Positions 18,732 to 26,944 of a stretch of DNA of 48,027 bases are shown here, in pieces; within the stretch, counting starts at the first letter, position 1; every line of letters starts with the position of its first letter. The translations under genes and the position numbers were made by a program. This stretch comes from an uncultured Planctomycetales bacterium. GTDB lineage: Bacteria > Omnitrophota > Gorgyraeia > Gygaellales > Profunditerraquicolaceae. Under the pieces are notes generated by a model. It saw nothing but the letters and a program-made list of their open reading frames with translations, was not told the DNA's origin and made no database searches. The stretch covers positions 1-48,027 of the forward strand of contig CAZIUK010000005.1 in NCBI GenBank assembly GCA_964542785.1, in the 5' to 3' direction.

Positions 18732-19670
18732 TTAAACAAACAAACAACTTATTGATTCTTCATTATGAATCCTTTTAATCGCCTCTGCTAAAAGAGCGGC
18801 TATAGTTAGAACTTTGATACGCGGATTCTCCTTACTCTTTAACAAAGGAATACTATCAGTAATAATCAGCTCTTTTAAATGCTTACAGCGCTCGAGCCGC
18901 TCTATGGAATCTCCGGATAAAATTCCGTGCGCTATTGCCGCATAGATATTCTTTGCCCCTGCTTTCTTTAAAGCCTCTACCCCTTCAAAGAGAGAGCTAC
19001 CGGTAGCAATGAGGTCATCAATGATTATTGCGTTCCTGCCTTCGACTTCTCCTAAGATATGCATAGCCTCTGTCTTCTCAGGGGACTCGCGCCTCTTATC
19101 AATTATAGCTAAAGGAACGCCTAACCTCTTAGCGTAAGCCCTTGCAGTTTTAATACCTCCAACATCAGGAGAGACAGCTACTAAATCTTTTTTATCAAGA
19201 GAATTAAAATAATCCGTAAAAACTCCTACGGAGAATAGATGGTCAACAGGAATATCAAAAAACCCTTGAATCTGCCCTGCATGTAAATCCATAGTTAAAA
19301 CCCTGCTTGCACCTGCAATAGTAAGAAGGTTAGCTACTAATTTTGCGGTTATAGGGACGCGCGGCTGATCCTTCCTATCCTGCCGGGCATAGCCAAAATA
19401 AGGAATAACCGCGGTAATACGCCAAGAGGACGCCCTTCTTAAGGCATCCAGCATAACTAAAAGCTCCATTAAGTTTTCATTTGAAGGAGGGCAGGTAGGT
19501 TGAATTACAAAAACATCCTTACCACGAACATTGTCAATAATCTTAACCCTTATCTCCCCCTCACTAAACCTAGAAACCAAGGCTTCAGAGAGTTTTATAT
19601 TAAGGCTACTGCAGATATCTTCCGCAAGCTTAAGATGGGCATTACCACTAAAAACAACTAAATCATTCAT
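18732..19670 (-). CDS. prs: ribose-phosphate pyrophosphokinase
   Basis: 312 aa. Motifs DLHAGQIQGFF and IIDDLIATGSS (PRPP-binding loop). Confidence 0.95.
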   Translation of the reverse strand: MNDLVVFSGNAHLKLAEDICSSLNIKLSEALVSRFSEGEIRVKIIDNVRGKDVFVIQPTCPPSNENLMELLVMLDALRRASSWRITAVIPYFGYARQDRKDQPRVPITAKLVANLLTIAGASRVLTMDLHAGQIQGFFDIPVDHLFSVGVFTDYFNSLDKKDLVAVSPDVGGIKTARAYAKRLGVPLAIIDKRRESPEKTEAMHILGEVEGRNAIIIDDLIATGSSLFEGVEALKKAGAKNIYAAIAHGILSGDSIERLERCKHLKELIITDSIPLLKSKENPRIKVLTIAALLAEAIKRIHNEESISCLFV

Positions 19671-20928
19671 ATCTATTACTTATCTTTTTTAAGGTTCTTG
19701 CCGGTACACCTACGGCAGTATTATTATCGGGAATATCTTTTAAAACTACTGCGCCTGCCCCGGTCTTTGAGGATCTGCCTACTTTTACCGGAGCAACTAT
19801 TATCGTATCAGAACCAATAAAAGCTTTATCCTTTATAACCGTCCTGTGTTTATTTAAACCGTCAAAATTAGCAGTAATAGCGCCTGCGCCGATATTCACA
19901 GATTTACCTACGGAAGAATCTGCAATATAACAAAAATGTTTAGCAAAAGTACCTTCGCTGATTTTAGCGCGAGTAACTTCCAAAAAATTTCCTAAGGTAA
20001 CATCGTCTGAAATACGCGTCCCCTCCCTAAGCCTTGCAAAAGGGCCGATAGAACAACGCTTTCCGATTTTAACATTACTTTCAATAACTGTAAAGGGATA
20101 AATAACTGAATCCTCCCCTATCTTCACATCATAACTAATAAATGTAGAACGCACATCAAGAATAGAAACACCGCTTAACATAATTTTTTTATTAATTCTT
20201 GATTGCATTATTGCGTTTGCCTCTGCAAGCTCTACCTTAGAATTTATACCCATAGCCTCTTCTTTGTTTTTTATCTTTACTCCCTCCAAAACCTTACCCT
20301 GAGAGTGCAATACTTTTATAACATCCGTAAGGTAATACTCTCTCTTCTTGTTATTCCGTTTAACCTTAGTTAAGGCACGCTTAAGGCCAGCAATATCAAA
20401 ACACATTATCCCAGTGTTAATCTCCTTAATATCCCTTTGAAATTCGTCTGCATCCTTATCTTCGACTATGCCGCAAATACTAAAATATTTATCCCTTAAA
20501 ACCCTGCCATACCCTTTTGGCTCACTAGCATCAGCGGTTAAAAGAGTAGCATCGGCATTTCCTTCAAAGTGACGCTTAATAAGTTTAAGAAGCGTTTCTT
20601 TCGTTAACAAAGGGACGTCTGCAAATAGTATTAAAACCGAACCGCTATTAACGCTTAATTTATTCAATCCTACCCTTACGGCATCTGCTGTGCCAAGAAG
20701 GCGGCTTTGAATTGCAATTTTAACCTTAGAAGAAATTTCCTTCTTTATCAAATTACTCTTATGCCCTAATACTACCACAGTATCTTTTGGCTTAAGGGCA
20801 GAGGCTAAACCTAAGACATAACCTAACATCGGCCTGCCGCATATCTTATGCATAACCTTTGGCAGAGCAGACCTCATGCGCGTTCCTTTCCCTGCAGCTA
20901 AAATCAATATTGAAATATCTTTTTTCAT
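19663..20928 (-). CDS. glmU: bifunctional GlcNAc-1-P uridyltransferase / GlcN-1-P acetyltransferase
   Basis: LILAAGKGTRM nucleotidyltransferase motif plus a C-terminal hexapeptide-repeat domain. The start is set at ATG 20928 because the listed extension to 20964 runs into tRNA-Gln. Confidence 0.92.
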   Translation of the reverse strand: MKKDISILILAAGKGTRMRSALPKVMHKICGRPMLGYVLGLASALKPKDTVVVLGHKSNLIKKEISSKVKIAIQSRLLGTADAVRVGLNKLSVNSGSVLILFADVPLLTKETLLKLIKRHFEGNADATLLTADASEPKGYGRVLRDKYFSICGIVEDKDADEFQRDIKEINTGIMCFDIAGLKRALTKVKRNNKKREYYLTDVIKVLHSQGKVLEGVKIKNKEEAMGINSKVELAEANAIMQSRINKKIMLSGVSILDVRSTFISYDVKIGEDSVIYPFTVIESNVKIGKRCSIGPFARLREGTRISDDVTLGNFLEVTRAKISEGTFAKHFCYIADSSVGKSVNIGAGAITANFDGLNKHRTVIKDKAFIGSDTIIVAPVKVGRSSKTGAGAVVLKDIPDNNTAVGVPARTLKKISNRYE

Positions 20929-20938
20929 AATATTAAAA

Positions 20939-21009
20939 TTGCCCGGTGAGGATTCGAACCTCAACAGTCAGACCCAAATTCTGATGTGCTACCGTTACAC
21001 TACCGGGCA
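20939..21009 (-). tRNA. tRNA-Gln (anticodon TTG)
   Basis: Acceptor TGCCCGG/CCGGGCA, anticodon stem TCAGA/TCTGA, loop ATTTGGG, T-loop GGTTCGAATCC. It ends 10 nt before the glmU ATG. Confidence 0.85.
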
Positions 21010-21042
21010 GACCTTAAAAAAAAGTTAAATTCAGGCCTGCCG

Positions 21043-21064
21043 TTATCTGTCCGCTGACAGATAA
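21043..21064. other. perfect 9-bp stem-loop between spoVG and tRNA-Gln
   Basis: TTATCTGTC-CGCT-GACAGATAA. On the minus strand a T-run precedes rather than follows it, so it is not a canonical terminator in the gene direction. Confidence 0.4.
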
Positions 21065-21096
21065 AAAAATTAAAGATAAATATTTAAGGTAAAGTT

Positions 21097-21480
21097 TTAT
21101 CCTACCTTAAGCCTCTCCTGCTCATATCCTTTAAGCACTTTATTCTGCAAATACTCCCTAAACTCTTGCGTTATAGGATGGGCAATATCTTTATGCTCTT
21201 GCGAAGAAGGAATAGCCTCTGCCTCTGCAGCCTTTAGGTTAAAAGGAAGGTTGGCAGCGCATTGATTGCAATACTTACTGCGCAATTCATTTTTAAACCC
21301 GCATTTAGGGCAAGACTGCTTAACCCTTCTTGAAGGCATAGCAATAAAAAGTCCATTTGTGCCTTCTATTACCTTAATGTTCCTTACCACAAAAGCATTA
21401 TCAAAGGTTACTGTTGCGTAAGCCTTTAGCTTCTTATCCAATGAATCCTTAAGGGCAATCCTTACCTCTGTAATCTCCAT
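21097..21480 (-). CDS. spoVG: SpoVG-family protein with an inserted CxxC-x10-CxxC zinc-ribbon segment
   Basis: MEITEVRI...FVVRNIKVIEGTNGLFIAMPSRR and KDIAHPI match the SpoVG core. About 45 aa, including CPKC...CNQC, lie between them. Confidence 0.85.
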   Translation of the reverse strand: MEITEVRIALKDSLDKKLKAYATVTFDNAFVVRNIKVIEGTNGLFIAMPSRRVKQSCPKCGFKNELRSKYCNQCAANLPFNLKAAEAEAIPSSQEHKDIAHPITQEFREYLQNKVLKGYEQERLKVG

Positions 21481-21519
21481 AATCCTTTTACCTCCATTGC
21501 TTAAAAAACCTTTGCTTCC

Positions 21520-22449
21520 TTAAACTGTACTTACCGCATAGACATACCAAGCCTTACACTTCTTCTTTAATAAGGTAACTAATTGAAGGGTCTTTTTATG
21601 CGAAGGGGTAATAGAAAATACTGCGCCTCCGCTTCCTGACATAAGTGTATTTTCTAAACCTAAACCCAAAAGCGTATTTACTGCTTGCCCTATTTTAGGG
21701 TGCGCTTTGATAGCTACCTCTTGCAGGCTATTAAAGAGCATTCCTCTTTTTAAACAAGGATTTTTCTTAGCCAGTTCTGAAGTTAATATTTTAACACCGC
21801 GGGGCTCTTTTGTCAACTCTGTTAAAGACCTTATCCTGCTATTAGAACGATCATAAGATGCATAGATAAAAGGAGTAGAGACCTTTATCTTAGGAACAAC
21901 AAGTATATGCCAAAGCTTTACCCTATTTAATCTAGTCAAAGGCTTAATAATCTCTCCCCTGCCTAACCCTAAAGCAAAAGACTTATCATGAATAAAAAAT
22001 GGGACGTCACTGCCTATATTAAGGGCTATTTTAATCAGCTGGCCTTTAGATAATCTTAACTTCCAAATCTTGTTTAACCCTAATAAGACTGCCGCGGCAT
22101 TAGATGAACCTCCGCCTAACCCTGCGCCTACGGGGATCCTTTTAAAAATATTAATCTCTACCCCCTTCTTAAGAGCAAATTTATCCCTTAAAATGCTTGC
22201 CGCCTTAAAAGAAAGGTTATCCTCTCCTAAAGGAATAGTTTTATCGTTACACTTAACTATTATAGAACTACTCGAAAGCCTTTTTAGGGTTATAGTATCC
22301 GCAAGGCTTATCCTCTCAAAAAGAGTGAAGAGATTATGGTAATTATCAACGCGCTTATCAACAACCTTAAGGTATAAATTTAATTTTGCAAAAGATTGGA
22401 TGACCAATTTATTTGGTGTTAGAAAGGATAGATAAAGCTGCCTTCTCAA
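21520..22449 (-). CDS. ispE: 4-diphosphocytidyl-2-C-methyl-D-erythritol kinase
   Basis: Motifs AKLNLYLKV...YHNL and PVGAGLGGGSSNAAA (GHMP kinase). The listed TTG start overlaps tkt by 41 nt. A TTG at 22407, 1 nt after the tkt stop, is the more likely start. Confidence 0.88.
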   Translation of the reverse strand: MRRQLYLSFLTPNKLVIQSFAKLNLYLKVVDKRVDNYHNLFTLFERISLADTITLKRLSSSSIIVKCNDKTIPLGEDNLSFKAASILRDKFALKKGVEINIFKRIPVGAGLGGGSSNAAAVLLGLNKIWKLRLSKGQLIKIALNIGSDVPFFIHDKSFALGLGRGEIIKPLTRLNRVKLWHILVVPKIKVSTPFIYASYDRSNSRIRSLTELTKEPRGVKILTSELAKKNPCLKRGMLFNSLQEVAIKAHPKIGQAVNTLLGLGLENTLMSGSGGAVFSITPSHKKTLQLVTLLKKKCKAWYVYAVSTV

Positions 22450-23347
22450 TATCTAAACTCGTAAGGCAATATTCTTTTAAGAGCTCTTTAGGGTCGCCGG
22501 ATTGCCCAAACCTCTCTCTTATGCCGACCCGCATAACCTTAGTAGGAAGGTTCTGAGAAGTAACCTCGTCTATGATTGAAGCTAACCCCCCGATAACCGA
22601 GTGCTCCTCACAGGCAACAATACCGCATGTCTCTTTAGCTGCAGAGAGGATTGCGTTAATATCAATAGGCCTTAAAGTATGCATATTGATAAGCCTGGCT
22701 TTTATGCCTTTCTTTTTAAGGCTCTCTACGGCAGTTAATGCTTCAAGGACCATAATCCCGCAGGCAAAAATTGCAATATCATTACCTTCGCTTAAAACCT
22801 GTGATTTGCCTAATTCAAAGACTCCCTTGCCTTTTATGGTTGGAACCTTAGGCCTTCCAAGGCGTACATAAAAAGGGCCTTTATTCCCTGCAGCTACCCT
22901 TATTGCTTCGGCAGTCTGAGGACCATCGCAAGGCACTATAATATTTATATTAGGTATAACCCGCATTAACGCTAAATCTTCTAATGCCTGATGGCTAGCA
23001 CCATCAGGGCCTACACTAACCCCGGCGTGAGTAGCAACAATTTTAACATTAAAGTTATTATAAGCTATGGTATTTCTAACCTGATCCCAAGCCCTGCCTG
23101 AAGCAAAAATAGCAAAGGTTGAAGCAAAGACCGTCTTCCCGCACGCTGCTAAGCCTGCGGCAGAAGCCATCATATTCTGTTCTGCAACCCCAAAGTTAAA
23201 GAACCTATTCGGAAACTCTTTGGCAAATAAACTAGTGCGCGTTGAGCTAGAGAGGTCAGCATCTAAAACAACGATATCCTTATCCTCCTTGCCTAACTCT
23301 ACTAAGGTCTTACCGTAAATATCCCTTTGGTACAACTCCTCTATCAT
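22409..23347 (-). CDS. transketolase, C-terminal (pyrimidine-binding) subunit of a split enzyme
   Basis: 312 aa. Motif FNFGVAEQNMMASAAGLA. Immediately follows the N-terminal subunit gene. Confidence 0.9.
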   Translation of the reverse strand: MIEELYQRDIYGKTLVELGKEDKDIVVLDADLSSSTRTSLFAKEFPNRFFNFGVAEQNMMASAAGLAACGKTVFASTFAIFASGRAWDQVRNTIAYNNFNVKIVATHAGVSVGPDGASHQALEDLALMRVIPNINIIVPCDGPQTAEAIRVAAGNKGPFYVRLGRPKVPTIKGKGVFELGKSQVLSEGNDIAIFACGIMVLEALTAVESLKKKGIKARLINMHTLRPIDINAILSAAKETCGIVACEEHSVIGGLASIIDEVTSQNLPTKVMRVGIRERFGQSGDPKELLKEYCLTSLDIEKAALSILSNTK

Positions 23348-24169
23348 TTATTCTAACTCCCTTAAGGCCCTCTCTGCTTCTTCTTTAGTAGGCGCGCGGC
23401 CGTGAAAATCACAAACATTCTCCATAAAAGAAACCCCCTTGCCTTTTATAGTGCGGGCAATAATTATTGAGGGCTTCCCCTTAGTATCAGAAGCTTGCTT
23501 ATAAGCATAAAAAATCTCTTTAATATTATGCCCGTCTATCTCTATTGTATTCCAGCCAAAAGAGCGCCATTTCTCGGCTAACGGCTCTAAATCCATAATA
23601 TTACAGGTTTTCCCATCTATCTGAAAACCATTATAATCAAGTATCGCGCATAAGTTATCGCACTTATAATGGGCAGCTGCCATAGCCGCTTCCCAAATAT
23701 TCCCCTCCTGTATCTCTCCATCGCCTATAAGCGCATAAACCCGGTAACTAAAAGAATCTAACTTTGCCGCAAGGCTCATACCTAAGGCAACTGAGAGCCC
23801 TTGGCCTAAAGAGCCTGAGGCAGATTCTACGCCCGGAGTACGCCTATCAGGATGCCCCTGGAGAAGAGAACCAAACTCCCTTAGGCTCATAAGCTTCTCC
23901 TCAGAAAAATACCCGCTACAGGCTAATAGGGCATACCATAAAGGACAACAATGCCCCTTAGACATATGAAATCTATCCCGGTTAGGCCAATTAGGGTTCT
24001 TGGGGTCATGCCTTAATACCGAAAAAAATAAAACAGTAATTAAATCCGTTGATGATAAACTTCCTCCGGGATGGCCTGAGCCTGCCTTTGCAATCATCCG
24101 CACTATTAGCCGACGGACCTTTTTTGCCTTCTCTTCTAAATCTTTTACTATTTTATCTGCATTATCCAT
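23348..24169 (-). CDS. transketolase, N-terminal (TPP-binding) subunit of a split enzyme
   Basis: 273 aa. Motifs GSGHPGGSLSSTDL and GDGEIQEGNIWEA. Confidence 0.9.
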   Translation of the reverse strand: MDNADKIVKDLEEKAKKVRRLIVRMIAKAGSGHPGGSLSSTDLITVLFFSVLRHDPKNPNWPNRDRFHMSKGHCCPLWYALLACSGYFSEEKLMSLREFGSLLQGHPDRRTPGVESASGSLGQGLSVALGMSLAAKLDSFSYRVYALIGDGEIQEGNIWEAAMAAAHYKCDNLCAILDYNGFQIDGKTCNIMDLEPLAEKWRSFGWNTIEIDGHNIKEIFYAYKQASDTKGKPSIIIARTIKGKGVSFMENVCDFHGRAPTKEEAERALRELE

Positions 24170-24285
24170 ATTTTTTAAAGAATCCTCCTCTCTAAAGCAA
24201 AGGAGACGCTAAAAACTTTTAAAAAAATAAAGAATAAAGGATAGAAACGGAATAAACCGTAAAGGATCTACAAAGACTTAAAAAA

Positions 24286-24387
24286 CTATCCCCAAGCTCT
24301 TTTCTTTAAATGACGAAGCTTACGACGTGCCTTCTTTCTCTTATGCGTCTTTATCTTTTGTTTTTTTCTCTTCTTTCCGCAAGGCAT
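24286..24387 (-). CDS. 33-aa Lys/Arg-rich protein resembling ribosomal protein bS22 (not in the ORF track)
   Basis: My translation is MPCGKKRKKQKIKTHKRKKARRKLRHLKKRAWG*. ATG start is preceded by TAGGAGG with a 5-nt spacer. The ORF sits 9 nt after the hisG stop. Confidence 0.6.
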   Translation of the reverse strand: MPCGKKRKKQKIKTHKRKKARRKLRHLKKRAWG

Positions 24388-24396
24388 ATAATCCTC

Positions 24397-25284
24397 CTAA
24401 TAAATAACCTTATTTAAAGGATATTCAATTATCCCCTCTGCCCCTGAATTCTTTAATCCCGGGATTATAGAACGAACCGTCTTCTCATCTATAATAGTCT
24501 CAATGGCAAACCAGCCGTCTTCGGTAAGCCCGGATATAGTCGGCTTTTTTAGAGCAGGAAGACAAGATATAACCTTATTTAGGTCCTTCTTTCTAACATT
24601 CATCTTAAGCCCCACCTTCTCTTCAGCCGCAATAGCTCCTCTTAAAAGCAGGGCAATCTCCTCCATTTTAAGCCTCTTAAAATTATCCCGGTAAGAAGCT
24701 TTATTTGCGATAAATTGAGTAGTTGATTCGCAAAGCGTGGCAATCTCTACAAGCTTATTTGCCTTTAAGGAACTTCCGGTTTCGGTAAGTTCTACTATTG
24801 CGTCCACTAACCCTGAGCTAACCTTTACCTCTGTCGCTCCCCAGCTAAACTCAACCGTAGCCTTAACCTTATTTTTCTTTAAATACTCTTTTGTTACATT
24901 AACTAGCTCTGTAGCAATCCTTTTCCCATTTAATTGTTTAACTCTTTTTATACCCGAATCACAAGGAACTGCTAAAACCCAGCGCACCTTATTTAAACTC
25001 TGCTTAGCATAAGTTAAATCTGTAACTCTTATTACATCCGCCCTATTCTCTAAAACCCAATCATTGCCAGTAATCCCACAATCGAGAGCGCCCTCCTGCA
25101 CGTACTTAGCCATCTCTTGTGCGCGCAATAGGACCGGCTTAATCTCGCTATCATTAATAGAAGGAAGATAAGACCTTACCGAAGGCAAAGAGACGTTAAA
25201 ACCTGCTTTCTTAAACATTCGGAAGGTAGCTTCTTGCAGACTACCCTTTGGCAAGCCTAACTTTAATATCTTATTCTTTTTCAT
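24397..25284 (-). CDS. hisG: ATP phosphoribosyltransferase, long form
   Basis: [14 protein letters not shown]...KKAGF N-terminus and a length of about 295 aa that includes the C-terminal regulatory domain. The ATG at 25284 is preferred over the TTG at 25287. Confidence 0.88.
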   Translation of the reverse strand: MKKNKILKLGLPKGSLQEATFRMFKKAGFNVSLPSVRSYLPSINDSEIKPVLLRAQEMAKYVQEGALDCGITGNDWVLENRADVIRVTDLTYAKQSLNKVRWVLAVPCDSGIKRVKQLNGKRIATELVNVTKEYLKKNKVKATVEFSWGATEVKVSSGLVDAIVELTETGSSLKANKLVEIATLCESTTQFIANKASYRDNFKRLKMEEIALLLRGAIAAEEKVGLKMNVRKKDLNKVISCLPALKKPTISGLTEDGWFAIETIIDEKTVRSIIPGLKNSGAEGIIEYPLNKVIY

Positions 25285-25405
25285 CAATTATCCTTTTTAA
25301 TTGTAATTTAGCCTTTTGGCGAGAATAGGCTCTCTTGCTCTTTTTAATTCTAACCGCCGGATTTATAACCCAAGCCTTCCTTAATTTTAACGGCTTATTT
25401 AACAC
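25271..25405 (-). CDS. candidate 44-aa basic ORF upstream of hisG (weak)
   Basis: My translation is (V/M)[46 protein letters not shown] start, no SD, overlaps the hisG start out of frame. Locally higher GC than the flanking spacer. Confidence 0.2.
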   Translation of the reverse strand: MLNKPLKLRKAWVINPAVRIKKSKRAYSRQKAKLQLKRIIDEKE

Positions 25406-25476
25406 GGTTTATTATAACTATTAGGCTTTATTTTGTAAAGAAAAAGTTTATAGATAAAATTAAAAAAATTTTATAA

Positions 25477-25504
25477 TTGCAATAAATAAATATTAGCTTA
25501 TAAT
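25477..25504 (+). promoter_or_regulatory. sigma70-type promoter for the plus-strand chaperone gene
   Basis: TTGCAA, a 16-nt spacer, then TATAAT, 44 nt upstream of the ATG at 25548. The AT-rich context raises the chance-match risk. Confidence 0.4.
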
Positions 25505-25547
25505 AAGGTTTAAAAATAACTGCCCTTAAAATATACGAAAGGATAAT

Positions 25548-26243
25548 ATGCTTAAAGTCTTACGCAATAAGAAAATACTAAAAAAAATATGGATAACTTT
25601 AGGGATAATCATTATCCCTGCCTTTATCTTTTGGGGAGTAGGAGACATAGGGCAAGATAAAAGAAAACAGGCTAATATCGGCAAGATAGCAAATAAAGAT
25701 ATATCTTTGCAGGAATTCAGGGATTCGCTATCTGCGGTTAAAAATACGGCAATAATGCGTTACGGGGTAAACTTTCAAGAGCACCTTACAGAAAAAGAAC
25801 TGAAGGCTCAAGCTTGGGATAGGTTGGTTCTAATCAACGAAGCAAAGAAACTTAAGATTAAAGCCTCGGATAAAGAAGTAATAGAATTAATTGAAAGCTA
25901 CCCTTTCTTTAATCGTAACGGGGGATTTGATAACAAACTCTACAAAGAAACGCTACAATATATCTTCCACACTCAAGCAAGGGTATTTGAAGAAGAGCAA
26001 CGCCAAAATATAATAATCTCAAAATTATACCAAGAGATAACTTCTAAAGTTTCCCTAACCGAAGAAGATATACGCCTTAAATTTATTAAAATTAAAACTG
26101 AGGCTGACCCTAAGTTTAATTTTAATGAAGAGGACTTCTTAAGCGAAAGGAAGGAATTTGAAAAGAAAATGCTTGAGGAGAAAAAAGAAGAAGCCTTCCT
26201 TAATTTTTTCTCTCAACTTATAAAAGATAGACCAAACCTTTAA
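25548..26243 (+). CDS. membrane-anchored PpiD/SurA-N-terminal-domain-like periplasmic chaperone without a parvulin domain
   Basis: 231 aa. N-terminal anchor KKIWITLGIIIIPAFIFWG followed by a helical SurA_N-like region. This is the only plus-strand gene in the window. Confidence 0.6.
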   Translation: MLKVLRNKKILKKIWITLGIIIIPAFIFWGVGDIGQDKRKQANIGKIANKDISLQEFRDSLSAVKNTAIMRYGVNFQEHLTEKELKAQAWDRLVLINEAKKLKIKASDKEVIELIESYPFFNRNGGFDNKLYKETLQYIFHTQARVFEEEQRQNIIISKLYQEITSKVSLTEEDIRLKFIKIKTEADPKFNFNEEDFLSERKEFEKKMLEEKKEEAFLNFFSQLIKDRPNL

Positions 26244-26253
26244 AAAATAGTAT

Positions 26254-26436
26254 TTAGCCTATTTTAATTGCATTAACCGGACAAGAATCCGCTACTTCCT
26301 GAAGATTACAGCTTGTGCAGACCTGAGACTTTACGTGCGCAATCCCGTCACCTTGCATCTCAAATACTTCGGGGCAAGACTGTTCACACAACCCACAACC
26401 TATACAAGTAGAAGCATCAACACTAACCTTACTCAT
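26254..26436 (-). CDS. small single-cluster [4Fe-4S]/[3Fe-4S] ferredoxin
   Basis: 60 aa. Motifs CIGCGLCEQSCP and a distal CP (SCPVNAI). Confidence 0.85.
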   Translation of the reverse strand: MSKVSVDASTCIGCGLCEQSCPEVFEMQGDGIAHVKSQVCTSCNLQEVADSCPVNAIKIG

Positions 26437-26444
26437 CTCCTCTC

Positions 26445-26924
26445 CTATCTCTCTAAATAAGACTCAAACATCTCTTCATGAGTAATCTCTTCTGATAAGA
26501 TATGCGTGATAACATCATAAACTACGTGCTCCTTGCCAAAGGTCTTCTTAGCTAACTTATGATAAACCTTAATTGCCTCTGCCTCTGCCTCTGCGACTAC
26601 ACGAAGAATACGGTTAATATCCGCGCTATTCTTAGGAGGCATAAGATATGGAGCATTTGCATGCTTCTCTAAATCCATAGGATTAGCTATCGGAACATCC
26701 CCTAATTTGGTAATTAAATCTGCTAATTCCTCAGCGTGCTCAAGCTCATCCTTAGCTAACTGCTCAAGGGCAGTTTTTAACCCTTGGTGATGGCGTCCGG
26801 ATACGGTCTGGGCCATATACCAATAAAGATAATACGCCAACCACTCATCGGCATACGCCTTATTTAAATCCTTGACCAATTCTTTCAAACTTATCTCAGT
26901 TATTGATCTTGCCTGTTTTCCCAT
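26445..26924 (-). CDS. ferritin-like / Dps-like (bacterioferritin superfamily) protein
   Basis: 159 aa four-helix-bundle pattern with paired ExxH motifs (DELEHAEE, EEITHEEM). Confidence 0.7.
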   Translation of the reverse strand: MGKQARSITEISLKELVKDLNKAYADEWLAYYLYWYMAQTVSGRHHQGLKTALEQLAKDELEHAEELADLITKLGDVPIANPMDLEKHANAPYLMPPKNSADINRILRVVAEAEAEAIKVYHKLAKKTFGKEHVVYDVITHILSEEITHEEMFESYLER

Positions 26925-26944
26925 AACATCCCTCCTTCTCTTAG

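Noticed and set aside
20929-20964. N-terminal extension of glmU (MRFESSPGNFNI...) in the ORF track
   Set aside because: The extension runs through tRNA-Gln. The canonical GlmU N-terminus (MKKDISILILAAGKGTRM) begins at the ATG at 20928.
21043-21064. The perfect 9-bp hairpin as the spoVG intrinsic terminator
   Set aside because: On the transcribed minus strand the T-run precedes the stem, and the next T-run is about 20 nt downstream. I keep it only as a low-confidence stem-loop feature.
24170-24285. The 116-nt spacer between the bS22-like ORF and transketolase, considered as a possible ncRNA or riboswitch (for example TPP)
   Set aside because: Only weak 4-5 bp pairings are visible and no TPP-riboswitch-like conserved core (CUGAGA...ACCUGA) is present. 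It is probably an AT-rich spacer.
25288-25547. The only large AT-rich intergenic region and strand switch, considered as a replication origin
   Set aside because: I could not find DnaA-box-like TTATCCACA/TGTGGATAA motifs, and genes on both far sides remain on the minus strand. It is better explained as a divergent promoter region for hisG and the plus-strand chaperone gene.
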